Below, one piece after another: positions 8,531-19,912 of a DNA stretch of 64,000 nucleotides; position 1 is the first letter of the stretch, and every line of letters begins with the position of its first letter. A program made the position numbers and the translations under genes. The stretch comes from Azolla caroliniana (Eukaryota > Plantae > Polypodiophyta). The DNA lies in NCBI GenBank assembly GCA_043228905.1, contig JBHGNT010000018.1, positions 1,674,001 to 1,738,000 of the forward strand, written 5' to 3'. The notes under the pieces were generated by a model. That model did not search any database. It was given only the letters and a program-made list of their open reading frames with translations, and was not told where the DNA came from.

Positions 8531-11473
8531 ATGGAGGCAGCTCTTCTCTCTCTTGATTTGGCTTCTCCTGGGATTCCTCCCTTAAAAGGCTTCATTTCCT
8601 TCATACAGGAATGCAAGAGAGGTCACAACTCACTTCATGCCAATCTTGCATACCAACATGCATGTAGTTATGGTATCGAAAGTGATCAGTTCCTTGGGAA
8701 TTTTTTCATCCCATTGTTTGTGGAATGCGATAACTTATCCCATGCTCAACAACTTGCAAATAGGATTTCTTTTTTGAATGATCACTCATGGACTTCACTC
8801 ATAGAAGGTTATATAGAACGTGGGGAATATTCACATGCATTTGGACTTTACCAGAAGATGCGGACAAGTTCTATACCTCCTATTATTCCTGCTTATATTA
8901 GAATACTCAGCACTTGCGCTCAGCACAGTTGTTTGCAACTTGGTATTGCTTTACATAATGATATTGAAAAGAGAACTGACCTAGATGACCTAAAAATTTG
9001 GACTGTCCTCATTAACATGTATGTGAAATGTGGCGATTTGGAGAATGCAGTTATCTTGTTCAACAAGATCAGTGTGCGTGATGTTACCATGTGGACGATA
9101 CTTGTTTCGGGGTATGTTGATTGTGGACATGGTGATAAAGCTATAAGTTGTATGACCCAGATGGAGAATGATGGTATCTCCCCAGATCCTATCACATTGC
9201 TCTATGGCGTCAAAGCTTCTGGCATCATTGGATCTTTACACAATGGACAGGAGATACACCTAGATATCATCAAGAAAGGGTTCGAAGATGATCCTTTCAT
9301 CGGAAATTCTTTGGTTGATATGTATTCGAAATGTGGCGCTCTTGTTGATGCGGAGCATGTCTTTAATTCGCTCAAGGTTCGGAATTCAATAACCTGGAAT
9401 GCATTAATCCAAGGGTATATCGAGTGTGAGTTCAGGGAGAGGGCTTTTACCTATTTCCAGTTCATGCAAGAGGAGGGATTTTCGCCAGATGTGGCAACAT
9501 ATCTTTGCATCTCGAAAGCTTGTGATGACATTGTAACCATAAAACAAGGTCATAGAATCCATACTGATCTACTTATAAGAGGATGGGAAGGGAACCTTGT
9601 CATGGGCAGTGCTTTGATAGGTATGTATGCAAAATGTGGTTTGTTTGATGAAGCACATTCAGTGCTCGATGGGCTTCCAGTAAGGAACACAGTCTCCTGG
9701 AACTCTCTGATTGCTGAATATGCAGAGGTAGGATTTGGAAAGGAAGCATTACTTTGTTTCCATAATATGCAACTTGATGGCATACTTCCTGATGTTATAA
9801 CATATACTTGCTGTCTGAAAGCTTGTGGAGTCATCAGAGATATCAACGTGGTTGAAGAACTACACTCGAAGATTACAACAAGAGGTTATATGATAGATCC
9901 TTTTATCGGAAGTACGTTGATTGACACATATATAATGTGTGGATCACTTGCAAAAGCACAGGAGGTATTCAATATGGTTTCAATTAGGCACGTTGTTGCA
10001 TGGACAGCATTGATGACAGGATATGCAGAAAATGACCTCCCTGAGGAAGTGCTTTTTCTCTTTGAACAGATGCAAGGAGATGGCATCTCACCAAATGCGG
10101 TGAGTTTTATTTGCATCTTGAAAGTATGTGGAAACTTTGGCTATATAGAAGTAGGCAAAGAAATGCATGCCATGATTGTGATGAATGGTCTCGAAACAGA
10201 TGTTCCGTTATGCAATGCATTAATAAACATGTACATTAAATGCGGCTCACTTGCAGAAGCATTGATGGTCTTTGATAAGATGCCTCTACAAAATGCTATC
10301 TCATGGAACACGTTAATTTCGGGACTGGTAGATCATGGGTATGGGAATGAAGCCCTTGGTTTGTTTCAACAAATGCACCTAGACGGTGTGTTCCCGGATG
10401 CAGCAACTTTCTCTTCATCATTGAATGCATGTGGTAGCATCGGTGCGATAGAGATGGCTCAAGAAATACATAGTGAGCTATCAAAAGAAGGTTTTGAAAA
10501 TGAACCATATGTGGGTAGTTCTCTAGTACACATGTATGCCAAGTGTGGGCTCCTTTCAGAAGCATTAGATGTTTTTGAGAACCTTCCTATAAAGGATATT
10601 GTTGTTTGGACTTCTATGATTGCAGGATATTGTGAAAGAGGTCTTACTATGGAAGCTTGGGAGATTTTTCAGGAAATGCAAATGTATGGTATGAATCCTG
10701 ATGTGATAACATGGAATGCCCTTATCTTGGGTTATGCTAAACAAGAGGAAATTGACGAAGTTTTGAGATGTTATGCTCAACTTCAGGAACAAGGTTTACT
10801 TCCAGCACGCATAACCTTCATGAATATCCTCAAAGCATGTGCAAGCACTTGTGCTCTTGTAACAGGGAAAAAATTTCATGCTTTGATATACAAATCTATT
10901 CTCAGGAATGAAGACCAAGGTCTGCATATATCCCTTATCGATATGTATTGCAAATGTGGAACAAGCTTTTCTGCTCAGCAGGCATTTAATGAGATGGAAA
11001 TGAATAGCCTTGCACCTTTGAATACTTTACTTACAGGGTATGCTCATATAGGTGAATGTGGAAACACCCTTCGTTTGTTCGAATCAAAACGAAAAGATAA
11101 TCACCCAGATGAGCTTTCATTCCTCTGTGTTCTCAATGCATGTTCTCATGAGGGTGTTGTATATAAAGGGTTGAGATATTTCAAAGAAATGACTGAGCTT
11201 TATTCCATGGTTCCTACTGACAAGCACTACAATTGTATTATCAATATCCTTGGTCGTGCAGGTCAGTTGAGAGAAGCAATGACAGTAATGAAGAAGATGC
11301 ATTTTGAGGCTGATGTTGCTACTTGGAGTACCATGTTGAGTGCTTGCCAACAGTGGGGTGATGTGGAGCTTGGAAGGGAGGTCTTTGAGTGTGCTGTGGC
11401 ATCGAATGGGGGACATGCATCGACATTTATTATAATGTCCAATATATATATGCAGACAAGGGAAGTGAACTGA
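8531..11473 (+). CDS. PLS-class pentatricopeptide repeat protein, E subclass (no DYW), 980 aa, single exon; probable organellar RNA-editing specificity factor
   Basis: Repeated P-L-S triplets (LVDMYSKCGALVDAEHVF / SWNSLIAEY / PDVITYTCCLKAC). P2-L2-S2 ends in HYNCIINILGRAGQLREA, followed by E1 (EADVATWSTMLSACQQWGDVELG) and a truncated E2 (ASTFIIMSNIY), then the stop. Confidence 0.95.
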   Translation: MEAALLSLDLASPGIPPLKGFISFIQECKRGHNSLHANLAYQHACSYGIESDQFLGNFFIPLFVECDNLSHAQQLANRISFLNDHSWTSLIEGYIERGEYSHAFGLYQKMRTSSIPPIIPAYIRILSTCAQHSCLQLGIALHNDIEKRTDLDDLKIWTVLINMYVKCGDLENAVILFNKISVRDVTMWTILVSGYVDCGHGDKAISCMTQMENDGISPDPITLLYGVKASGIIGSLHNGQEIHLDIIKKGFEDDPFIGNSLVDMYSKCGALVDAEHVFNSLKVRNSITWNALIQGYIECEFRERAFTYFQFMQEEGFSPDVATYLCISKACDDIVTIKQGHRIHTDLLIRGWEGNLVMGSALIGMYAKCGLFDEAHSVLDGLPVRNTVSWNSLIAEYAEVGFGKEALLCFHNMQLDGILPDVITYTCCLKACGVIRDINVVEELHSKITTRGYMIDPFIGSTLIDTYIMCGSLAKAQEVFNMVSIRHVVAWTALMTGYAENDLPEEVLFLFEQMQGDGISPNAVSFICILKVCGNFGYIEVGKEMHAMIVMNGLETDVPLCNALINMYIKCGSLAEALMVFDKMPLQNAISWNTLISGLVDHGYGNEALGLFQQMHLDGVFPDAATFSSSLNACGSIGAIEMAQEIHSELSKEGFENEPYVGSSLVHMYAKCGLLSEALDVFENLPIKDIVVWTSMIAGYCERGLTMEAWEIFQEMQMYGMNPDVITWNALILGYAKQEEIDEVLRCYAQLQEQGLLPARITFMNILKACASTCALVTGKKFHALIYKSILRNEDQGLHISLIDMYCKCGTSFSAQQAFNEMEMNSLAPLNTLLTGYAHIGECGNTLRLFESKRKDNHPDELSFLCVLNACSHEGVVYKGLRYFKEMTELYSMVPTDKHYNCIINILGRAGQLREAMTVMKKMHFEADVATWSTMLSACQQWGDVELGREVFECAVASNGGHASTFIIMSNIYMQTREVN

Positions 11474-12802
11474 CTTTCACAAAAGGGATCAGAAATAGAA
11501 GAAAGTGGGCTATGTACAGTTTTTAGTGCCTTTCTCTGCATTTGCAACCTCAAGAAGAATCTACAAACACACATATATCCTTGCCCCTTTTCTTCCATGA
11601 GTTAATAATACTTTGAAGAAACCATCACGGCTTGCTTGGCCTTGGTTTTGTAGAAATCGAAAGCTACACTTTATAGATGTATGCGAATCATGGGACTTAA
11701 TTTGAACCAATGTAAACCTATATGTCAGCAAAAGATCAGAATGAGGGGACGGATAGTATAAGGGTAAGAAAGGGGACTCTGGTTTCTGGTGCCTGTCTAT
11801 GCCTATGAAACCTCCAGAAGAATGTGGAAGACAACTACCTCACTTTCTCCATTACAGCTTTTTTTGACTTGGTCTGTAGTTTAAAATTGAAAGCTATGTT
11901 TCAAATATGTCAGCCTTGGTTTGGAATTGACCGCTGAGAATTGTTTTGGAATAACATTTTTGGTGGAAATTGAACACTAAAGATATCACACTCTGAATAA
12001 TGAAAACTGAAAGCAAATAGTCGCATAGGATTGGATTGGGGGTAGTCTATTGTTTGCAGTCATCCCGACGACCATCTTGTATAATGCAGTGCATACTCAG
12101 ATGACAATAAAAATTAGGTTGAAAAGAATTTCAATTGTTCTTTGGCTAAATTCATACATGTATGATGTATGCATGGCTGTGATAGAAAATAATTAATTGA
12201 CAAAATACCAATAAGACAACGTAGCTCTGATGCAATTTACATAAACACAAGACAGACAAACAAAAACAAATAATGCCAATACGCAGAGTTTGATGTATTT
12301 CAATATCCACTAGTTTAACTGCAAAGAATTTGACGAGAGACAGGTGACCAGTGATCAAGATTTGCTGAATTAAAGGCAAATCTCAAGATGGATCAAAGTA
12401 CATTTGAATGCCATAGACCTCAACATCTTGCAAACCAAACATCCTTCAGCTTATGTACCTTTACTGCAATACTCCACAAGGAATTCTTTGTAAAAGCACA
12501 CTAACAAGTCAGTTGTTTTTTTAGCAAAACATGTACATTTCGTGCTCTACTTACTAATAAAATAACAGTGCATTCTTGATGAATAACTACCCTTTTACCA
12601 TTGTACAGCACATTACTTGTTTCATTCATTTGTAGCATAATTTATTAAGATTCACTTCCACAAAACCGCACATCCTTGTTTATTCTCTTCCACATCTGGT
12701 AGTCGATTTTAAAATTCACCGGCATGAAATGAATGAACCCTAAGGTTTGCCAAGGTAATGTGCATCGTTATTTTCTGCTTTTGACCAAAATGGGATGCTA
12801 TT

Positions 12803-12968
12803 CATCAGTGATAATTATTTTTATTCAGCCTGATTGATCATATGGAGGCCTCAAAGTTCCTAATCCAAGAAACTAGAAACTAACCCATCAGTGAGAATTA
12901 TTTTTATTGAGCCTGATTCACCATATGGAGGGCTCAAAGTTCCTAATATCCAAGAAACTAGAAATTAA
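12803..12968. repeat. Tandem duplication, 2 x ~83 bp, downstream of UXS
   Basis: CATCAGTGA.AATTATTTTTATT.AGCCTGATT..CATATGGAGG.CTCAAAGTTCCTAAT..CCAAGAAACTAGAAA occurs twice. Confidence 0.85.
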
Positions 12969-13238
12969 TATCATTACAAGGCCTCTTAGTCTTTTACCCT
13001 ACATTGATAGATATTCCATAATAGATGGCTCAATAATCCAAACAACCGAATAATAGCAATGCTATTGGACTTTCACATCATCCAATCCTTGAAAAACAAC
13101 ATATATATATATACGAGAGAAACACACAAATAAATAAATGAAAATATGCATATTATCAAAATTTATCTAAAACTATTTGCCATTAAGAGGGAACAACTGG
13201 GTTTGCAGGCATCTAACACTCTCCTTTCACTGACATCC

Positions 13239-16200
13239 TCACTGCTTTTTTGTTGACATAAGACGTTCTTTGAAGTCTTCTGCCATTAACGGGAGTCCCT
13301 CCCGAAGTGTCACCTGTCAATCCATCAATAAAGTAATAAAAAACCAAAACACCAAACATCCGAAAAATTAAAAACTAGATCTTATCATGTAACCAAAGAA
13401 ACACTGGATTTCAACCTTAGGCTCCCATCCAAGGACTGATTTTGCTTTTGAAATATCAGGTTTGCGCTTGCGTGGATCATCGGGAGTGTTTTCAACCATT
13501 TTCCATGTAGCACTTGGACCAACTAACTGTAAAACATTTTACAATTTGCTATATCAACAAATTGCATATGCAGCTAAGTAAAAACAAAGCCCCTCACCTG
13601 AAGGTTCAAATGGTTAATCTAGAGGCATTACCAAGAGAACCTCAAAGTAACTTACCTCTTTCACAGCCTCTGCAAGCTCTATCATTGTGAATTCACCTGT
13701 ATATAAATCACAGATTTAACTCTATGTCCATTCTAACTGAAGGGAACAGAAATACTCTCTTCAGTTCCATAGATCTATAAGCTCTTTATAATTAAAAAAT
13801 AATTACCTGGGTTCCCTAGATTTATAGGGCCAGTATCATTCCCTTCCATGAGGCGAATAAGGCCATCCACCTGAAGCAGGAGGTAAATGAATTCCAACAG
13901 ATTTTCAATATTAATAAGATCAGAAAAAATATGATCAATCAGTACATCAATAATGCATATCAGATTCAATATTAATATGATCAATATGTACATCAATAAA
14001 GCATACCATATCCGAAACATAACAGAAGCTACGTGTTTGAGTCCCTGGTGCTTGGACAGTCAATACTTCACCCCTATCAAATAGTTAACCTTAGGTTTGT
14101 GTCTTTATTCTTAGATTAAATAACTTTAAAATATCTCAAGTACCTCAGTGCCTGTGCAATGAAGTTACTGACAACTCGCCCATCATCAATGTTCATTCGA
14201 GGTCCATAGGTATTAAAAATCCTGGCAATTCTAATTTCTGAACATCAAAAGAAACAAGTTGAGAACCTTCACCGAAAGTATATGCTAGATTGTGTGAAAG
14301 CTGAGAGGAACAAAGAAAAAAGTGAATGGATTGCCTTCAATGCCTATTAAGAAAGAGAAAGGAAGAAGAAAGAAAGGGAGCTAAATTAATGACTTTAAGA
14401 AACCAAAATGGCCCATAAGACCAAACAAGCACATTGTACAGTCTTTGAGAGCAACAAACCTAAACAAATATAGCTAGATATATGGTTCTAAAGAAACACG
14501 ATATCTAAGAACAAAAGATTAGAGAGGGAGAGAGGTGTGCCCAAATGATTGTAGCACAGAGGAAAAAGTTGTGGAGACCAGAAGATCATGTGTTCAACCC
14601 CTACTGCCGCAATGGCATCTATCCAAGTGTTGCATTAATGAGATTTGAACCCAGGTGAATGGAAGTAGAAACTTGAGTCATCACTAAGCTATAGCCTTAC
14701 GATAAAAAGCGAGATGTGTCGATTCTATGATCTGGAGCAGCAGCTCAACCATATACATTTCGTGCTCTACCTACTAATAAAATAATAGTGCAGATGAAAA
14801 TATTGCCAAAGGGAGGCATACATATGTACGAAAACAGAATAAAGTCTCACCCAGGCCATGCTGTCTGTGGTAGTCAAACATGAGAGTCTCTGCAACTCGT
14901 TTTCCTTCATCATAGCAACTTCTCACTCCTACAGATCAAATTGTTTAGACACTCACTTTCCTGGATGCACTATTAGCTTCTCACTTAACAATGATTGCGA
15001 CAATATATCTTACCAATGGGATTAACATTCCCCCAATATTCCTCCGTTTGAGGATGTTCAAGTGGATCGCCATATACTTCTGAGGTCGAGGTTAACAGAA
15101 TTCTATGAAAGAAAATATTTGAAATTAGACAACCTAACTGGATTCTTTCAACACTTGAACAATATAACAAGGTTAAAAACACTTTCCAAATCCAGGTAAT
15201 CCTGAATAAACTACAATATGCTTTCCTTCCAAACTGGTTCATTTATACTACTTTAATACATGAAAGTGTTTGATTCTTGAGAAAAGACTGTTCTCATCAC
15301 AACATATCTTGCTATCTCATCACAAACAAGTACTTCAACCAATGCCAGCATATTATCATACCTTGCCTTCACACGCTTGGCAAGACCAAGCATATTGAGA
15401 GTTCCAATGACATTTGTTTTAATAGTCTGCCACACATAAGCAAACCACATCAATAAAACAAAGTCAGAATACTTTATGCATTCCTATCTATCTATTATGT
15501 GCAGTATATGCATTGCCACTTTTGTCTCTCAATGTACATCTATGGATGATGTCTACAGGATTCACAACAAGAAATACCTTCACTGGATTATACTTGTAGA
15601 AAATTGGTGAAGCCGGGCATGCTAAATGATAAATTTGGTCTACCTCCACAAGCAACGGAGTTGTCACATCTGCATAAAATTTGATAATCCCCGGTTAGAT
15701 CCAATGGATGTGATTTGTATACTGCCTCCAGAGATAATGAAACCTCTGGTGCTTATGAAATAGAAAAGAAACTTGATATAAGTCCAATTTGTATACTTAT
15801 ATTCAGTCCTTTGTAGGACAATTTCTTGTTTACAAATGGTTGCAACTTTTGGATGATGAAAATGTTCATCGTTATGATTTTAACATGAAATAAAAAGTAA
15901 AAATTGACACAGAAAGGTGACAAATTGTTGCACTTGGTTCGACCCAAAAACTACATTATTGCCATGGGTTATGGGGTTCCTAAAACAAAACTATGATTAT
16001 GATATTACAATTGGACTCCAAGTTCAAGTATAATAGAATCCATAGCACATCTAAATTTTATTATATGAATTTAACTTCTAAGAAGCACTACATGATCCCT
16101 AGGCAATAGCAAATTTTTATTATATGAATTAACTTTTAAGAAGCATTACATGATCCCCAGGAAATTGTAAAATTTGGAAGCAACTAGTCTTATAACGTGC

Positions 16201-19200
16201 TCATATCCCACCATACATTATTTTTAATGTTTAGACTCATCGTATTACATCCATCAACAGTGTAGAAATTTATGCTTGAGTCTTCTCGAGTGAAGTGCAT
16301 GATGACCTTCTTTATATTATACAATCCACTGGAGTAAAATGCATGATGTCTCAATGGCCAACCGAATTGATTGTTGTTCAAAAACATTAATGAATAGCAC
16401 ATTAAATATATCTAAAATGGATGACACACTGCCCACAGAACCCTAAGTACACAATTTCTACTAACCATGACGGATAAGCTCAAAATGTGGATGTCCTATC
16501 CACCGGCGAATATTGTCTTTGGTTCCTGTGAAAAAGTTATCAGCAACAATTACCTGAGATCAAAACACTGGGATCAGTACGCAATATATAGCTTGGCAGA
16601 CACAATAAAGCAATATTATTTTACAGGATCTATATAAAAGAAACTATAGCAGGACATTTAAACTTTTGACATAAAGTGAATCAAAACTGGCAGGATGAAA
16701 CTAGTACAGACGTAGCAGCCGAAATGGTACTTAACTACAGTTTGAGACATGATCTCAATTATTGATATAAAATAAATAAAACAAATAAATCTAAGGTACA
16801 AAAAGGATGGGAATCAATAAGCCAGACACAGAATCTCAGCCAAAAAATTGTGTTAATAGCTTTTGGAAATACCGTCAGAGCTGACTTATGTTAAGGTAGA
16901 AGAAATAGGGATGGAAAACAGCATGGGACTAACCTGAGTTATGCTATAACTTTTATAGTGTTACATGGAAATTCGATTCATTCACATTCAAGAGACAATG
17001 GCTCTCACCTCATTTGTCCAACTAAATTAAGCTAGGGCTTCCATAATAATCACAAGAAAGTAACTAAGTAGAGACGATTCATGTTATATCTCAAATAAAG
17101 CTAGAATTTCTATGATATTACAAGAGATAAACTTGGAAGAGATAATCCATCTAGCAGGATTTGTGCATACACATTAAGGTCACACTTCTATCAAATTTTT
17201 AAGAAATTAACTTTCAAGAGAGGCTTTATCTTGCCTGTTTTATGAATCTAACTTCCATCATAATGCTGAAGATTTAACCTGGGAAGGATACAACTTCTAT
17301 CCGATTACAAGAAACCAACTTCAGACAGATGTTCCATCTTGCCTGACTTGTGCATGTGAATTATGCTCAAACTAATACCAAATTGAAAGAAATTTAACTT
17401 TGGAGAAAGGATTTGATATTGCCTGCTTTGTGCATCTTAATCTATCACAATATAGAAGACTTACACTGGGAGAGGATCTAAGTTTTATCCAATTACAAGT
17501 AAGAAATTAAGCTCAAACTCCTATCAAACTATAAGAGATTTAACTTTTGAGCGAGGATTCATATTGCCTGATTTCAATGTCTAACTTCTAAAATAATACA
17601 CGGATTTCAATTTTGGGGTGAGCATCTAACTAATATCAAATCACAAGAAATAAAATTGCAGGAGACGATCCATCTTGCCTGAATTGAGCATGCAAGTTAA
17701 GCTCAAATGTCTACCAAATGGAAAGAAATTTAACTTTTGAAGAGGATTTATCTTCCACTATTATGCATCTACATTTATAATACTAAAGAAATTTAACTTT
17801 GGAGAGAGGACTTGATTTGTATCCAATTACAAAAAAATTGATGTGCGAGAGGCTATCCATCTTGCCTGATTTGTGCATGCAAGTTAACTTCAAATTTCTA
17901 TGAAACGAAAAGGAGTTTAACTTTGGAAAGAGGATCTAACTTCTAACTTGCGAGGGAATCCAGCTGCAAGAAATTTAACTTTGGAGACAGAAACCATATT
18001 GCCTTGCCCATGTACATGGAGTAAATCTAGAACCTCTATCAGATTACAAGGGTTTTAGAGATGACTTAGCTTCCCTAAAAAATGCATAAATTTGCCTAAC
18101 ACATGCATAAATTCTACACACTAACAAGAAAATCAACCATGAATGGAAAGATTTTGATTGCATGTTAAGCTCAAACTTTCTTACAAAATAACACAGAAAG
18201 TAAGATTAAGCTTAAAGACAAATATTCTTTAAGCTTACTTCATTTGTGCCAGCTTCCATTAATCGATCAACAAGATGAGATCCAATAAATCCAGCTCCTC
18301 CAGTGATCAGAATACGTTTCCTAATCTGTAGAAGAAGAATAAAAGAACAGATCGATCAGTTTCATGCAAGCTTCTGAATTGATGAGAAGGAAAGAAAAGA
18401 GTAGAATAGAAAATAGTTTGTCGCTGGCGTTTGAACAGCCAAGAAAGCGTTGTGTGAGAACATGACAGTTTGAGTAATGAAAAATACAACCAGGATGGAA
18501 TGAGATGGGATCAGACGGAATTATCGACTCAAATGAAAAATTCAGGGCTTTACGTAGGCCACAGTTCATGAAAGAGATTACCATGGGATTAGATAAGCTT
18601 GGCAACAATAATGCGTAAAGACAGATTCAAATGCCTATAAAGATTGAAATCCCTATACGATTAGACCATCATAGCAATAAAGAAATAATATCTGAACGAA
18701 AGAGGTCTGATCCAGAGGTGACGAAATCGTCCATTAAAACCCTGAGTTTAAGAAGGCTACTGTTAATCAAAAGCCACTAAAATGAGAAAATTAGGGATTT
18801 GCAAAAGGCTATTACTGATTTCAAATGAAATGACAGGAGAAAGAAGCGAATGAAGTTAATAGATCTGAGGAGCTGACAAAACAAGGCAATATGCATGGCC
18901 AAAAGCTTAGTTCAATCAAAGGGCGTCGAATCTCTCCAATGCAGATCTATAATAGCAGACTTAATCATCAATCAAATCGAGAATCCATGAAACCCGATGA
19001 AGTTAAAGGATTCCTAGATTTATGCATGTTATATGATTTTCAGCAGAAAATGAGAGGAAAGAGGAGGGCTTCATGCAGAGCTAAGGATTGTATGTAGCAT
19101 TTAAAGAGCTTCGAGCAACACAGAAGGCGAAGTTTCTTTTCCATGCAGAGGTTAGGTTGCCACACAAAAAACTTAAAAGAGTTTTGGAGAAGGGGGGGGA

Positions 19201-19300
19201 GAGAGAGAGAGAGAGAGCAACGTACGGGAGAGATGGAGCTTGGGAGGTGAACTGGCGGAGCAGCGGATCCATGATCGGGGTGAGAATTGGAAGAATCCAT
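13239..19300 (-). CDS. UXS: UDP-glucuronic acid decarboxylase (UDP-xylose synthase), soluble type, 341 aa, 13 exons
   Basis: GT-AG exons: 19226-19300, 18239-18325, 16466-16553, 15578-15669, 15362-15426, 15014-15102, 14851-14928, 14144-14237, 14007-14073, 13807-13870, 13656-13696, 13416-13526, 13239-13313 (1026 nt, frame consistent). Motifs [44 protein letters not shown] (YxxxK), RIFNTYGP. No N-terminal TM anchor. Confidence 0.96.
14545..14700. repeat. Two converging tRNA-like (A-box/B-box) segments; SINE/MITE-like insertion in a UXS intron
   Basis: Plus strand: TAGCACAGAGG (14552-14562) and GTGTTCAACCC (14590-14600). Minus strand: TAGCTTAGTGA (14691-14681) and GGGTTCAAATC (14652-14642). No clean cloverleaf. 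Confidence 0.5.
16053..16168. repeat. Tandem duplication, 2 x ~58 bp, in a UXS intron
   Basis: AAATTTT(T)ATTATATGAATT(T)AACTT.TAAGAAGCA.TACATGATCCC.AGG occurs twice. Confidence 0.8.
17040..18190. repeat. Degenerate tandem array (~187-bp period with subrepeats) in UXS intron 2
   Basis: Anchor CCATCT(T/A)GC.(T/G)GA at ~17148, 17334, 17670 and 17858; recurring GAAATTTAACTTTGGAGA(G)AGGA and TTAAGCTCAAA. Confidence 0.7.
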
Positions 19301-19682
19301 GGCGACAGCAGCAGCAGCAGTAGAGAGGAAGGAAGGAAGGATGGAAAAGGAGGGAGGAAGGGTGGGATCAGGAGCAGGAGCAGGAGAAGGAGAAGGAGGG
19401 ATCTATTTATACACAGAGAAAAAGAAAGAGAGAGAAGAAGAAGAAGAAGGGTGGGGTAGTACTGCTGTGGCCTCCTCCGCCATATCCATCCATCCATCCA
19501 TCCATGGCCATGGCCATGGCGCTCCTAAACAGACAAAAAGCCTTCCTTCCGCTTTCTGCTTTTTCTCTCCCCTCCATCCCTTTTCTTTCTTTCTTTCATT
19601 CTTCTTCTTCTTCTTCTTCTTGCTTTCTTTCTGTCCTCTTCCTCCACCTCACCAAAGAAAGCAGAAAGCAACACATACACAC

Positions 19683-19686
<4 letters not shown>

Positions 19687-19747
<61 letters not shown>
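19687..19747. repeat. (GA)n microsatellite, ~30 units, upstream of UXS
   Basis: Directly visible. Confidence 0.97.
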
Positions 19748-19750
<3 letters not shown>

Positions 19751-19772
19751 CAAGAGAAAATGAGAAGGCCAA

Positions 19773-19912
19773 GACAATGGCCTAGAGAAGAGAAGAGACA
19801 TATGAGACGGAATAGTAGACAATGGCCGCCCGCCCGAAGAGAACACGAGAGACAATGGCCGCCCGCCCGACGAGATGAGACCAGACCGAACCGGACTGGA
19901 CAATGGCCGCCC
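19773..19912. promoter_or_regulatory. Repeated GACAATGGCCGCCC motif upstream of UXS
   Basis: AGACAATGGCCGCCCGCCCGA at 19817-19837 and 19850-19870; GACAATGGCCGCCC at 19899-19912; GACAATGGCC at 19773-19782. Confidence 0.5.

Noticed and set aside
8920-11598. Minus-strand ORFs within the PPR gene
   Set aside because: Antisense shadows with no recognisable motifs.
14545-14700. Functional tRNA genes
   Set aside because: Only A/B-box-like motifs; acceptor and anticodon stems could not be formed convincingly.
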